This document shows positions 1-14,800 of a stretch of DNA of 64,000 bases, one piece after another. Both the position numbers and the translations under genes were made by a program. A model generated the notes under the pieces. It saw nothing but the letters and a program-made list of their open reading frames with translations. It ran no database searches and was not told where the DNA came from. The stretch is taken from assembly GCA_965235115.1 (NCBI GenBank), contig OZ249437.1:47740001-47804000 (forward strand), in the 5' to 3' direction. The first letter of the stretch is position 1. Each line of letters starts with the position of its first letter. Source of the DNA: Laetmonice hystrix. Its lineage: Eukaryota.

Positions 1-635
1 AATCATATCTGATATAGGAGCCATCAAACGTCAAGGGGACGGAAAACTAAAGACAGGTTGAAGCCCGAAAAACACATTTGTCTTCAGATAACCATGGTCG
101 ACTGTTCACTAATGGAGGCCCATGGCAAGGCTGGTCAAATATTATGTCTGACTGCGGTAGCAAACAGAATTTTACCCCTTCCAATTCACCCCGACTTTAC
201 GAATTGTCCTGTTCTATGCATTCAACTTGGAAACAAAGTTGGTCTTAAAATTCAAGCCAATCTACAAGACACGTACCTGTACCTTGACACGTAACTGTAC
301 CTTGTGTACTAAACAGCTTTAACTCTTATCTCCCTTCAGTAGTGTATTAATTTGATAAGGCCTCAACAATTGCCATTGCCATCTTGAAATAGCTAGTTTG
401 AGTCCTCAAGATAATTACCGCGCCATTAATATATAACGTAGTAGCCTTTACTTTTTCTTCTAATGAACAGGATGATGTTAAAGGCACACTGCGTGGAGCA
501 AGGATTAGCTTTTCCCCTCTCCGCCAGTGTAAACTTGTAAAGTGACCCGAATTATAAATTCGTACCGGTGACATGGGGCTGACAGATGTCTTTTCACATA
601 TGCAGTAAAAGAAGATTGGTTCGGTGCTCACCGTT

Positions 636-690
636 TCATTCTAACTTGGCGCCATATTCTGATCATTCTAACTTGGCGCCATATTCTGAT
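636..690. repeat. 27-bp tandem duplication
   Basis: TCATTCTAACTTGGCGCCATATTCTGA occurs twice in tandem. Confidence 0.85.
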
Positions 691-2479
691 CAGCCGGCCA
701 TGTGGCCGGCTGATCCCCGCAACTATGTTGTATTACGTCTGCTATACTTGACTAAGTTTGAAATGACTATTTAATTAGTACTGGTGAAATGGTATTTTCT
801 TTGGAGTCGATACATTATTAACAATGTCTACGAGAAAACGCAGCAATTTCAAATCATCTTTAAAATAATCCACTAATATCACGAGTACAAAATGATAGAG
901 ATTGATAAAACTTCCTATCCTATATCATTATTGTAAGCTGAAGTTTGACATCCAACACGCGGCTCGTGTAGATATGGCCATATCGTTTTCACTAATGGTT
1001 CCTTCCCACTGAGTATAATCGAATGTTTTCTCACAGACAGGTAATCAGTTATCCGAGCCGTCTGCGGGAACCATATCAATCATCCTTGGCGTTGAAAATA
1101 TTTTTTAAAAGTTATCCACAATACCATGTAAAGCGGTGTATAGAGTCACACTAACAGACGTGTAGTTTACAGAAAGTTTACGGACAGGTTTACGTACGGG
1201 CGTTTGGGTGGATATCAGAGTTCAATCCCAGGCTTCTTTTAAAGCGAAGGTAAAAATATTGAACAAGTTCTAAAATAGACATTCTAAAAATATACGTGTG
1301 ACGCCTAGAGTGCATATCTAGTCAAGGACACCACCTTTATGTGTTGATACTGAAAACTGCAGACAAAATCACCTCCTATTGAAAAAAGAGAATGTCGCGC
1401 TGGGAAGATGATCGGAGCATGAGAAGAAACACACAAACACGTTCGCTAATATTACGAATTCAAACCTTTCAACAGGATTTTATCTGCAGCACGTTTGCTA
1501 GCAGTCAGGTGGTCATTATTATTCTGCTACGTATTTCAGCTCCGCTTTAATCGAGAGCTAACAGACGAAGTCATGGATGTACTGGAGTGAGAAATGATGA
1601 TTCTATGTGTGTACTAGAGACCAAAACGACATTATTCTGAATCTACAGTATAATGATCGGCACCTGTATAAATACAGTGGAGGTCATTACATGTGTCAAC
1701 CAATGTGACGATTGTGTCAACCCTGCTAGGATCGTTTGGAATTCATACTCGTACTTAGATATAATGTAACACATCATCATGAACAGATGTTGCTTTATCT
1801 GTAATCAGCAGTTTGTACTTGTTGTTTTGAATACTACTGGGATGTCTCATTTAATGCACAACACGTTTCATGCTGATTAGCTTCAAACATAGCTTGTCAT
1901 CTGATAGATGAGAATAACAGTACTCGCCCCACATTAGTAATATTCACCTCGTTGTCAATCAAACCAATATATGCACAATGTAATTACAATGTTATATTGG
2001 GGTCAGTCAAGTAATTATCGGTCCTTCATTCTTACCCATGTTTTAGATTTACACATAACTTCTAATTTTGTATTTGGACAGCGAAAAATAAATCATCTAT
2101 TCGGTAGAGAACAGGCCTGCCACCTAGTGTCCGTATGTTGTAGGCATCTGTACACTTTTATGTCAATCGATTCATTTCCCGCGCTCAGTCGTCTTTCTGA
2201 AGCCACATGGCACGCCGTTAACTCTCGCCGTAAGTAAATCTACATACCGAACTCAATACCAGTCCATCTGTGGCTTCTCACACGTATACGTTGCCTTTCA
2301 ACGCATTTTTACCTTAACCGATTCTGACAATTTACTTTTAAAATAGGCCTACCCGGGGGGGGGGGGGGGTCCCTGCCAACAACCTCCCTATAAAATATCG
2401 CAGGCGTGTCGTACATGAGCTCCAGATTAGTCCCTGGTCGGATCTTCCTAGTCCGCCTCGAAAGGCGTTTTTGTGTGTA

Positions 2480-2580
2480 TGTGTGTTTTATTATTATTAT
2501 TATAACTTTTACCACTAACCTGGCAGACCCTAGACCTGGTCCCCCCCCCCCCCCAATACACACACACACACACACACACC
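2480..2580. repeat. Compound microsatellite: (GT)-rich, (TTA)n, poly-C, (CA)n
   Basis: Directly visible gtgtgtatgtgtg, ttattattattatta, a C-run and an acacac run. Confidence 0.85.
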
Positions 2581-4590
2581 CGGAAGGATTCCTGCCAGCG
2601 CCTTGTCTCAGAGCTGTGGGAAAGTCTGCTGCATGAGAGGAGTGACGTCGATAAGACCATTTACTAACATATTAAGCCCTGCACTCCATGTCACTCTGGA
2701 TAGTTTTTAAAACTAAGCTATCTTTTAATATATATATTGCATACTTTAAGGTACCTGCCAAGTGTTAGTTTATCTACCAGCTGAAGACCAACTGCAACTA
2801 AACTTGTCAAATTAAAGTTTTCCGTTGAAAGTTTTAGTTTACGAGAACCTCTCAATGTTGTTCGGTTCCTGTTGACTCCTGTCACTATCAGAGATTGTGG
2901 GGAACCTAACACATTATTCCTTACGTTGATATATAAATATAATAATTAGTAGTAGTAATAGTAGTATAAATGTTATACCTGGCGGTATGCAGTACAGGCT
3001 ATTGATTCTTCTTTCTCACTATTATAGTTAATCATATCATGAAGACCTCATGTCAACCCTTACGTTTTTAAGTTTGAAACGGTCGGTTTGAAGTATGCAA
3101 GTTGTTCAATCTAGTTATAGATTTTAGGTTCGAGATGGTTACTCAAATTTAGAATTCAATAAGGCACGGGGGGATGTGTTCAAACATAGACTCTCCAAAA
3201 ACTAGGATTTTCTAATAAAGAAAACACATCTTCCAGAAAACATCGCCCCTAAGGAAAGCAGATAAAGTGTTCCGAGATCAGTAATATTGAAGTGTTTTAA
3301 AAGAAATCTTACGGCTCCCGTGCGTACCTATCGATTCTCCCACACCTGCACTTTTCCCAGCTGATTGTATAACAGAATAAACAAGAGAAACCCCTGCTAG
3401 ACCTACATGGCAACACTAGAATGATTCATGAAAGCTAAAATGGTTTCTCGCTAAACACACTGATGAAAATTGATTAGACAATGACAGAGTAGTCAGAATT
3501 CAACGACACAGTCAGTGCCAGTATTAGGCTGACAGAGACACGGAGTACAGATTAAAAGAAACAGATAAGATTATGATCCTTCAAAATTATACAGATCCCC
3601 TTGAGGGGCATCACCTCCAATCATTAAGACACGGGCAAATCTAACTAGAAAGCAAAGTAACTGAATCTAACATGAAAATATATTAAATCTTATTGCTTTG
3701 TCTATTTGTCTCTGCTTTCCAGTAATATGTTTTTATATAAATCAATTCTAATTTTTACCATAGGGCTAATAGTGCGGAACTTTTTTGAAAACGCCACTGC
3801 TATATATAACTGTTAGCGTGTTTCAAAACCTTCACAGATTCACCATGATCGAAACAGAAAATCTGAATAGGTACAAACTGTTGTACGCAGTAATTGCAAC
3901 GGACAAATACGAGTATTCCGATGGAAGCGGAGCTGCCTGCATAACGTCCGAAATGTTTCTGTAAAGGTCCTCAGCTTGCCGGCTGGTCATTGAACCAACG
4001 ACGTCGTTGTACCAGGCAGTAACGGCCAATCGGAAGCCAGTGTTGGAACAGTAACGACAGATGGTTTCTGGACTCAACGAACGGAACTATCAACCGTACT
4101 CCTTTCAACTCCAGCCACTTGCGGAAATGACCTTCCCGACATTTGTTTTCAGTCATTAGGCTGCAACAATTACGCCGAGTTTTTAAGTTTGAAACGGTCG
4201 GTTTGAAGGATGCAAAGAGAGTATTTTTCCCGAGTTGATGTCAGAGCTGAGCGGAAGCCCAGCCCATATCAGTCGAGGCAGGAAGCCCGTGTTGGCGTCA
4301 TTCAGCCAGTGTTTCCTCGAACCAAAGTTCTATCGAAAAATCCATTCTCCCCATTGGTGTTTTTTTACGTCTAACGTCCGTAATCTGTCGAGTTCCTATG
4401 TGAATGCGAGTGGGTGATGGCAACTTGAACCAGTGGGGTGAGTCTGAAGCCCCTGATATCAGAGAGTTACTGATACCCACTCACAACTTACCTCACTTAC
4501 ATAAGTATGCCGTGGAGAGGGGCAATGTATTTCTATCCAATCCATTTGTCAATTTCCGATCTAAGTATGTATTTCATCTTCATATCACCC

Positions 4591-5100
4591 CTCTACAACT
4601 CTTCCTGCATCATTGACGGGGCCATACATGCAGATATATATCTTTACCTGAATGCTCAATGGTATTATGTAAACAGAGTTTGCTACTTCTGTCCTCTACA
4701 ACTCTTCCTGTATCATTGACGGGACCATACATGCAGATATATATCTTTACCTGAATGCTCAATGGTATTATGTAAAAAGAGTTTGCTACTTCTGTCCTCT
4801 ACAACTCTTCCTGTATCATTGACGGGGCCATACATGCAGATATATATCTTTACCTGAATGCTCAATGGTATTATGTAAACGGAGTTTGCTACTTCTGTCC
4901 TCTACAACTCTTCCTGTATCATTGACGGGGCCATACATGCAGATATATATCTTTACCTGGATGCTCAATGGTATTATGTAAACGGAGTTTGCTACTTCTG
5001 TCCTCTACAACTCTTCCTGTATTATTGACGGGGCCATACATGCAGATCTCTTTACCTGAATGCTCAATGGTATTATGTAAACGGAGTTTGCTACTTCTGT
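4591..5100. repeat. Minisatellite, 103-bp unit, about 5 copies
   Basis: CTCTACAACTCTTCCTG recurs at 4591, 4694, 4797, 4900 and 5003. Copies are near-identical. Confidence 0.95.
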
Positions 5101-5511
5101 CAACGTATAATTTTTCCATCATCTGCACGTACCAAGCGGTCGGGGTTTTCATCAACCTCTCTGTTTCGGCCTGTGCTGGGTTTGAAGAACAATGTATGTA
5201 CATATACACTCAAGAGGCATTATGTAAATTGACTTAACACATCTTTGTCAACGTATAATCTTCCCATCATCTGACGTACTCGTCACTGCAGACACCAAAC
5301 GTTTTTTAACAACAGCTCTTGAACAGCGGTTGAGGTTGAAAAACAACACTATACATTTATACATAACTAAACACAAACTACTCGGAGAATCTAACGACTA
5401 GGGGCTAGTCAAGACCTTTTCACGCTTTATGTGTTCAGATAGCCTAATCCTGTCTATCCGGTGACTTGCCACCTGGATAACTGGTTAATAACCTACAACA
5501 TAACCAGCCTT

Positions 5512-5722
5512 CATAGCTCAGACATTGCGTCCCACAACACAATCAGCGGCATAGCTCAGACATTGCGTCCCACAACACAATCAGCCGTCATAGCTCAGAC
5601 ATTGTGTCCCACAACACAATCAGCGGCATAGCTCAGACATTGCGTCCCACAACACAATCAGCCGTCATAGCTCAGACATTGCGTCCCCCAACACAATCAG
5701 CCGTCATAGCTCAGACATTGCT
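5512..5722. repeat. Minisatellite, 38-39-bp unit, about 5.5 copies
   Basis: CATAGCTCAGACATTGCGTCCCACAACACAATCAGC(C)G repeated in tandem. Confidence 0.95.
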
Positions 5723-8700
5723 TCCTGGTTAAGGCGCCTTAATGCAGCTCCTAAAAAAGAGTGACAATACTAACTCTTGCATTCTTTTAATACTTTTAAC
5801 AAAAGTGCCACCCAGTATGCTGTACTTTTTACATTTCTGGTGAAACTGACATCCCCTACTGGGTCTGAAGACTCCACAGGTTTCCCGCCTGAATGGTTAA
5901 GAAAACAAACTCTCCCCCTCGATAAGAAAAACTGACGGTTGCAGATTTATTCTTGGGCTTACCCAAATAGCCCCTCTCCATCTGCCCGTCGGGAAGATTT
6001 ACATCTGTCATGCCCTTGATATGTTAGTGATATCATCTTAATTACGTCATTAATTCAGTTATATCTTGATCTCTGACCATGGAGTATTAAAATACAGCAC
6101 TGCAAGTCAAGTGAATGTTAATATTCCACCTAAAGGTGTTCGATTCGCCTTCCGTGTAACGACCTGTAAACCGCGGAGCCCTTGGCTCAACTGACCGGCC
6201 CTGGCCTTGTCCGGGTCCTTATCGATCCCCTAAATGTTCCCTTAAGGCAGCAAGTCACTGTATGCATGATTCAGTATTATATTACGAGGGGGGGGGGGGG
6301 GTTTGACCAAGCCGCTGCCCGTTTACTCAATTAATGTTCTCCACATAATACGATCCTATAAAAGAGTGTAACCCGTACGCAAGTTAATGTCAATTTTTTT
6401 GTGATCTACACATTTCAAATCATGAATTTCAGTGGAAACTAAAGGTCTTGTAAGTGTCCACATTTCAGGACTGAATATTGCCTTTATGTAAGGATGACAT
6501 TCTTTACATAGGCGCAATCCCTGATAGCGTGTTTCTCTAACACCGGTGACTCTCCTTCCTCCCGGTATTTACAACAGCCTCATTCATCAGTCTGCCTCCC
6601 GCTCGGCTTTCCCCTCGATAGCTTTAATGGAAAGTACGCTTGTCATGCATATATTTAAATTGTGTTAAAACATACAAGTATGCCTCTCCCTCTCTCTCTG
6701 TTTGGTTATTTCTCACTTCATTAATAACCCAAGGTTGACATACACCAACGAACTTTGTTCAGTGGTACACAAATCTTTCAGTACAGACTGAAAAAAAAGG
6801 CTGTTGGGACATCATGTTGTTTTTAGTACCACTTTATTGGGGTCTGCCACATTCTAAACTCCCAGAACGTGCGTTTGGAGCTCCCCGGAAACATTGGCCC
6901 CAAAAGGTACGAGTTCATGTCAGATCACCAAAATCTATTGTCCTGATAGTATCAGGCCACCTCCCACAGGCCGTCTATCTGCTACCCGCCCCAACCTGAG
7001 TACAGTTTCTTATACATACTCCCTTAAAACACATAGACGAATGAGAGAATATCAGAACTAGGGAGCATACAGGGGGCACTGTAGAACCGCAAGCTCTGCC
7101 CAGTAGATCGTCCCTGGTGCTGCAGTACTATACCCTCGTCGGGAGACAGGGATAATGGATTATGTTGGGTTTTTTTCTTCCCAAAGACGGCAATAGCACT
7201 TCTCTAAGTACTAAGTACATGCTTCTCTAACCAACGCATTAACAGAGGGAGAGATTGGCCCTGGAAAGAAATACAGGGGGTTATCTATTGGCTATACGAC
7301 TATATGTCAGCCAGAAGAAAAAAATAATGTTCACACTGTATGTACTCAGAAACAATGGATTAACAAAGGTTAGAGCCTTTGTAATTTCTTTACTGCAAAA
7401 AAAACCTCTCAAGGTGACCTTCTTTTTTATACCATTTGGCGTTAATACCTATAAATCGCAGACAGTGGCAAAACCAATCACAAGCGAACCACGACAGCTG
7501 TATATTCCCGAGGGTATCTCTAAAATACCTGCTTTGTACATCCATTTCTATGGACTGTTGTTCATTATGTTTACAAAGAAGTAAAGACGAGAGCCGTGGC
7601 CTGCCTCGGGTCGGAATGATGGCTCGCGGCACAATAGGTTTGCAGCGATCGACCATTCCTTGTAGGATGCTACACCTCGCTGGGATTTACAGGAATGACG
7701 CGTGCATGGTGTTATTTCATCTCTGACAACGCATCAACTCATTAAGGACACGATCAGTGCTTAGCCGCGGCGACTTTCACTTAAAGAGGCATGTTAAATT
7801 CCTTAAAAAGTTACCTTTTGTCCTCAGCAGCATCATGGTAAAATTTCATGTTTGAAAGATGAGTGAAAGTATAGAAAGATGACGTTATAACTAACTGGCC
7901 GTCCGTCACGTAGGGGACTCCACTAATGCACGCAGTACTTCCGGTATGGTGGTATTTACAAATCTGCTGTATACAATCAAGCTATATCTGTCCTCATTCA
8001 CACTCCACTCCTACAAACAATCGAACAATCTCCCACAGTAAGTCAGACTTGGTAGAGTGTCTACCAGGCGTATATATCAGCCACACGATTCGATCACGAG
8101 TCGCCTCAAGACGGTAGGCCATGCGTATCGCAACAATATGCCTCCGCATCTTGACCGCCATAAGGGCATAAGTGTACTTGTGGCCATTTTGCGATTTTAA
8201 CACTTTTGGGTAGCACTGTGTTTGGGCTATTATTATTCTAAATATAGTTTGGATACGTCGATTAATCATAGAGTATGAATTATGGCCTAGAACCTAAAGG
8301 CACAAGTCAGCAGGCTGCCGAATAGTCCAGTGGAAGGACTTCCGTTTTCGTAACGCTACGGTGTGTGAGTGTCCTATGAGCCTGTCTAGACCGTCCGTCA
8401 GGGAATAAATGCTTATAATGTCCTTTTGGTTGGTAGATATTTGCATGCTTCAGCATGTTTCTGTATGCTACAAGGTAGCTAGTGCGTTTGTATCTTTATG
8501 GCATAACAAGCAGCTATATCTACAGAATCTATGGTCTTCGCAAGGGAGCAAATGTATTTGACACCTTGTGGCACGTTTCTATCAATGGACCTATTCACTG
8601 TTGGGGCAAACCAAAAGGGCAAACTCGCACACATAGTGGCCCCTCAGGTCTGTGCTCATATATGTATCTCTTGCGTGCTCATAATGGAACAAGGGTTAAA

Positions 8701-9824
8701 CTTATTAATAAAATAACATATTTATCATAGACAGGTGACTTGATGGACTAACAATCTGATTTGCTAACAGGGTTATAATTTTGAAAATAACAGGCGTTTT
8801 CCCCATTTTTTCTCAAAACGGCAAAAAATGACATGCCCTTATGGCGGACAACCCGCGACAGGTGTTGGGCGTGCTTCAAAAGCAATGTGTTCCTCGCTCA
8901 CTACACCTGAGGCTTTCCACTTCCCTAGCGTTTTTATTCAGCAATCATACAACCTTGAGACATTGGAGTCGAGAGAACCACTCAACATCTGTTGAATGCG
9001 CCCAAGTAAATTTACTAAAAAATACCTCCCTGAAAGAAAATACTGCAATTTACGCAAACGTGACCCTTAAAGGGCCCCCGGATGTAAACGGTGGAAGTCT
9101 CAGTTAGTGAAATACTAGTTGTCCGATATCTTGTGTACAGTGCACGCAGGACCACAAAACCTGGACACAATTCCTAGTGCTGGAGGCATTCCGGTTTGAA
9201 ATGACCGAATTGCGTATTGAAATGGCAGGATTGCCGTATCAAGCGGCATCGTATTATAATGTATTCTTTTATTTACGGTGGCTCCACTACGCAGCAAAAT
9301 ATTGGTGGAATCGTGAACTATTTGCTTAAAATTCCACTAAACATAGAGAGGCTGGAATTCTGGCATACTCGAATCAGTTTGGGGTATGTTATTCAATATC
9401 ACTGGGAGCTTATTGCTAAAAAGTTTGGATCTGACATGAGGTTGCATGGAGCATCTGTTTGGCAATCACCAAATTCCAGTCTGAGCCAAGGCAAGGACAA
9501 TCAGCAGGGACGTCTCTGATGTAGATGAGATCGCCGCTTTCTCGGCATGCTATTGCTTTGATCACTATAATAATAATCTCAATTACAGCATATTGCCGCT
9601 GGGGTCTTTTGGCACGGTTATTTAGGTAACCAAATTATAAACCCGGTCCGACCAGGCTCCCAACTGGCGTAGTTTTCATCCGCGGTGTTTAGGTCAGATT
9701 TCTTATATCAAAGTATGCTGGTGTAAAGTCTTCATCCAGTATATTCTCTGGCCGAGTTCCTCACATGGTAATATTCAGTTGTAGACATATTTTTAGAAGG
9801 TCATATCAAAGTGGTGAAATGGAC

Positions 9825-9890
9825 TGGTGGCGTTAACCAGAGTACCCGGAGAAAACACCGACTTGACTGGCAGTAAGTCAGCTATATTTA
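9825..9890 (-). mobile_element. Possible SINE 3' fragment
   Basis: Contains GAGTACCCGGAGAAAACACCGAC, a motif I recognise from common invertebrate SINE tails. The fragment is short and has no head. Confidence 0.35.
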
Positions 9891-10399
9891 TTCAATCTTA
9901 CCTTATTCTAGTCCACGTCTATACCTTCCAATGCTGTCAGGAAGAGGTGTTAACAAAAACTGTCAAACGTTTATCATGGCATGCTGCAGTATGAGATCTC
10001 TGAGTTGGCGACACTTTCATCAGATGAAAGAGCCTTCTGAAGTTGACCTGATGTTAGGACTGCTGGCTCTGGCAGTTGGCTGGCTGTGGGCACTGAAGGC
10101 TATTCCTCCCGCCAAAATGTCTCATTGTACCCACCGCGACAAAGACGAAAGTTATCAGTTCATGCCGACAGCAGGCTGACTCTATCCTGATCCACGGAGA
10201 GAGAGTCGTTCTCCGCCCAATCACCGCCCATCAACAGCTGGCTCTGGGTTTCCAAGTAGATTGGTAAAATGACCTGAACCGGGGCTGGGGCTTCTTGGCG
10301 GCACATCCCAACTTCAAAGTCATGATACCGTTAATCATTCTAGCCACACCCCTTTGATGTATTAATTGGAAGTGACCCCTCTGTCTACCACATAATAAG

Positions 10400-11810
10400 A
10401 AAGTCTCTGATAACAGAACCTTTCAAAGTCCAAAGTTTGGACTGAATGCCTGAACGCGCTAGCTGTTACTACCCTTGAGGGACAACGTATGACTTGGAGA
10501 GATTGCGTTTCCTCTGCCTCAATAGATCTGAAAACACGCTCGAGAAGGATACTGACGTATGTTCACATGGCTTTGTCCTCACGACCAGTGTTTTTAACGG
10601 TGGGCCCGTATTATCTCGAACCATTTATTCCGTTCTGTCCACAGGGAACAAGGCCGGGGTTGAAGGCAGCGGTCAACTGCCACCTCTCGACACGCTAGCT
10701 GGGCTTGTCAACTCGCTACAGGAAGGTACTCACATCCACCGCCTGGCGTCGCCCTGCTATCTGATAACGCTGCTGTTGCTATCAGCCTCAAATGGCCTTC
10801 TGTGGGGCTTACTGCCGACACAATCCCCAGTAGACCTACTGAAGCTCTACACTGACCATGATTTGCCATTATGGCCACTCCAATATCTGCTGGCATGGCA
10901 CTTGATAACACTCTGAAGCTGAGGTCCCTAAAAATAGTTCTTCCTTAGTGCTGCTCCAATGTGCTCCCCGATCCTTACAGAGCTTTCCGTCAAAACGCCT
11001 CACACCCGCACCCCATTTTCTCTATAGACCTACAATGTCACCTTCTTACAGACCTTCTGAATCGTTTACCATCTTGTGTATGGTGCAAGAAAAATTACTT
11101 GAGGGAATTGAAGTCAGTCTACGTGATTCTCCCCAAGCATGCATTAGCATGACACAAAGTGAAATAAAGGATGTCCAACGGGGCGTAATATTTCAATTCC
11201 CTGCGCTCCAGTCATCATCTACGAAATGTGTATTTAATCCAAGGTTGGGTTACAATGATACATGCGCGAAATTTCCGACATGATCCAATTGTACTGCCGG
11301 GATCTATCTACTCCGGGATATGAGCTATGTAATGGCACTTTAGTCTCCCACTCACGCTCCCTAATTCTTCTTTACCGGAACTGAACGCTTTCCCCAACCC
11401 CCAACAATAGAACACCAACTATGAGAACCCGACCTTTTACTTTAGTTGACAATTTAAGGACCAAGGTTGTTTCACTCTCATCCTGTTTGGTATCACTAAA
11501 AATTGGTCCCTCACGTTTAGGTCACCTCCGTCAGAAAGGGCTGTGTCCATTGTTAGGTAATGTTTCCATTGGACCAAACCCTTGATACAACCCGCTGTTG
11601 TAGGCCCACACAGTCAGCACACTCCTGAATGGTTTCAACAACGACCTGTGACTATGACATATACCAGTCTCCTTGTGGGACATTTCCATGGGGTAGAGTA
11701 ATCGGCAATCGTTCAGGCACGATCAACCTCAATAATCATTAATTATTCAACTCCTGTCAACATTCATTAACTTCAACTGGCTGACCTTCCAAGGTCACCT
11801 CCAGGAGACT
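10400..11810 (-). mobile_element. Highly decayed Gypsy-like LTR retrotransposon pol remnant
   Basis: Minus strand has EVTLEGQPVEV followed by a frameshifted VD(T)G protease-like motif (about 11805-11750). An SNx-LA...VQTL integrase-like motif lies at about 10470-10431. Many stops and frameshifts. Confidence 0.35.
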
Positions 11811-14800
11811 CCAAGGCGGAGTTGTCCGACAGGTCCGCCAGCTAGCCATCCGTTTCCATCTAGCATTCCGTAATACCAATCAAAGTATCCCAACCTCTAC
11901 TGAGTTTCGACTATAATCTAATGTGGCCTGAACACGCACCAGCTATCCTCAGGGTGAAGGATGCCTTCAGACAACCCAGTAGATTTATTATCGACGAGAT
12001 CCAGCTGGTATGGATGTCTCACAATCCTGACTAGAGACACTTGCTGCCTTCAAAACTCCGGTTGTGCCAAGTTTTTCTGTCAACTCACAATGATAACAAA
12101 TAGTAACTGTATTTGTATTTATAGTTTCACAAACCTTGGTCAATGGGCGTGCTGAGACAAAGACAAAATCTTCACCTTTAAATAACTTTTTTATTTACAG
12201 TAGACCAAAGGTTTCTCAGATATGTACATGTATGCCTGCTATACCAGTACTATGAATTCATATATTTGGACCCACGCCACGGACTTCAGGCCCGTTTGCC
12301 CCATACCACTTCACACCGGGTTTGGGCGTACCACTGGCCTGAGTGCTTGCGGATAGTATTTACGGTATAGGAATGCAATACATGCACCCACCAAACGACA
12401 GAATTCGATTTATATTTCAATCTAAAGTGACAACCCTTTTCTATAGAGATGATACTTAGGACATATAACGGTTCAACAGAAACGTTATTTTAATTATAAA
12501 ATTCCCCACTGGCTAGGTATGAATTAGATTATTTCAATTAGTCGGTACTAATTGGGAAGTCATGTATGGTAGCTGACATGAATATTTCAGTGGTGCCTGC
12601 CTAGGTTTGTGTTCAGGCTGTCGTCTGTAGATGTCGCCTTACCGCCTCCTCTACTGCCATTCTGTAGGTCGACCCATCTTTGCTTCAGTACTTCACAAAA
12701 TCGGACGTAAATGGGACTTGTGGATCACTTGTTTGACATATACGGTGCGCCCTTAGCCAGATCACAACATTAGGTTGCCCTCTCCAGTCCTGGCTTCGAT
12801 TGCAAACTCGAGTTAGTCAAGTTACAATCGAACTGTGCCTTTTACACGGGGAGTGACTTCGTTGCCATGACCCATGCCAATTTCTCACAATAACACTCAA
12901 TTTTAGGTACCGAGCCCGACGGATGCAAAGGCGGAAAATGACTCCGATACTGTGATAAGCAACTGCATTAAGACTTCTAATGGAGGGGCAGATTTCAAAT
13001 TCCACAATTATTTATTTCAATGCTCAAAATCACATTTTTCTTTTTCTTTCTAAATTGCCCAATTTTCATGTTCCTATACCCCCGTAAGGTTGATCAATTC
13101 TCAATTTGTCACATTCACATTCCCGAATTCATAAATCCTATTTTCACTGTAAGACGTGACCTCGAGTCCCACCTACCCTGTGGGATATAAGCGAGTGTGT
13201 GATTGGTTGCTAACCTTTATCGGCAATGGCTGGCCATTAGTCAGTCGATTCCTGCTGCCGATGCCGACTATATGCTATGTATGACGAATATACCGGGACA
13301 CGATGCCCTACAGTGATGTTTGTACAATATGCCAGGAAATTCTCAGGATTAGAAACTTAACGTTTATTTATTCAACAGAGCCCTTAAGCTACATCGTAAA
13401 CTCATTACAACGTAAAGGGATGGAAAGAATATATCCATTAACAAACCTAAAAACCAATCAACACTACTTCTGAACGAAGCAGAACATTCATGATTTGATG
13501 AGTGAAACAGAAACACTGTAACAATGAACAAAATGTCACTGTAAGAGAGAGGACGCTGCAAGTCTGCTGTGGGAATCGGTGGGTTTACGTCCTGCCAGTA
13601 AATGTTGTATATGATACACAAAGAGACTATACCCTCCTCTTCCCGATTAAGGGCAAGGGTTCACGCCCACCTTTTGATACCCTAGTCAAGAGGGCTAGGA
13701 GGGGAGGCGGGGCCTCAATAGAGGAGCGAACTCACAGCCAGTGCTAATACAGACTCGGCCATCCCAGTCTGCTATGTGTCATAATTATGTCGTATAGATA
13801 GATGGATACAATTTCTAAAATGGATTGTTAGCATCAAGGCCGTATCAAATAGTAGCCCTGCTTTGATTAACTGATGGGTTTACAGTCTATACACTTCAGG
13901 TCATTTCAAGGCAAGAACATGCAAGTCCTTTACTATATTGATTATGGTGTTGACAAAAGATATGATGAATAAATTATTGATTGCTTGTCGTAGGATCAAC
14001 ATCAAGTTGACCACTGTAGACTCCTGATGTAGTTTCATGTCCAAGGAAAATACGCCCTTAATATATTCTGTCCGGTAAAATAACGGAAGACGTTCACATG
14101 GAAACCTGCTTCAGAATACTAGTGTACATTTACACCTGCAATGACAGTAGTGACTGCACACTGTAAGACCGGTCTTTTCTGCCCCCCCCCCCCCCCCCAC
14201 ACACACAAAAAAATCCAACTAAAACAAAAAGGAGACATGGAAAGAACCAATTGAAGGCCAACAGCTGTAGGCGTACACTGCAAAAGTGTACAAAGGCAGT
14301 GGGGTTCTAAAAACTGAACGAACACACGGACAGCCGAACCACCTGCGAGAGGCATTACAGGAACAAAGCTCCCGAAACCAAGCCCTCCTCTATCGGTGAA
14401 ACTGGTGACAGGAAAATAAAATTGGCGGTTGAAATGGTCGTCTGACTGACTGCACGAGGACTGACGTAACAACACAAGCAGCCGATACTCGAGCGGCAAC
14501 ACCACGCTGTCCTCTCAAATTCAAGTCGCCAGTGCGACAATCCAAGCCACTGCAGATTCTTCAGAGAAAATAGCCAGACGGCCAATCGATGGCCCTCAAG
14601 CCCATCACAGCCTCCGGGAGGCAAGTACAGGTTAGGCGTGACGTCAGCCACTTGCAGAACAATAGCATCTTTGATGTTGCAGAACAGCACATTGCTCTGG
14701 TTAGGCAACACCTCGACACAAGGAATCCGAATCTGGCACTAATGAAATGTGTTGAAAGTATCTCAGGTTGATCTGGAAGCTGGTCAGAAAGCTGGAAGTG

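Noticed and set aside
347-631. PHD finger (FYCIC) in the minus ORF, or a plus-strand exon starting at 471
   Set aside because: The remaining PHD Cys/His ligands are absent. The plus-strand frame after the acceptor stops within about 25 codons. A faint DPNYKFV Harbinger-like motif is too short to call.
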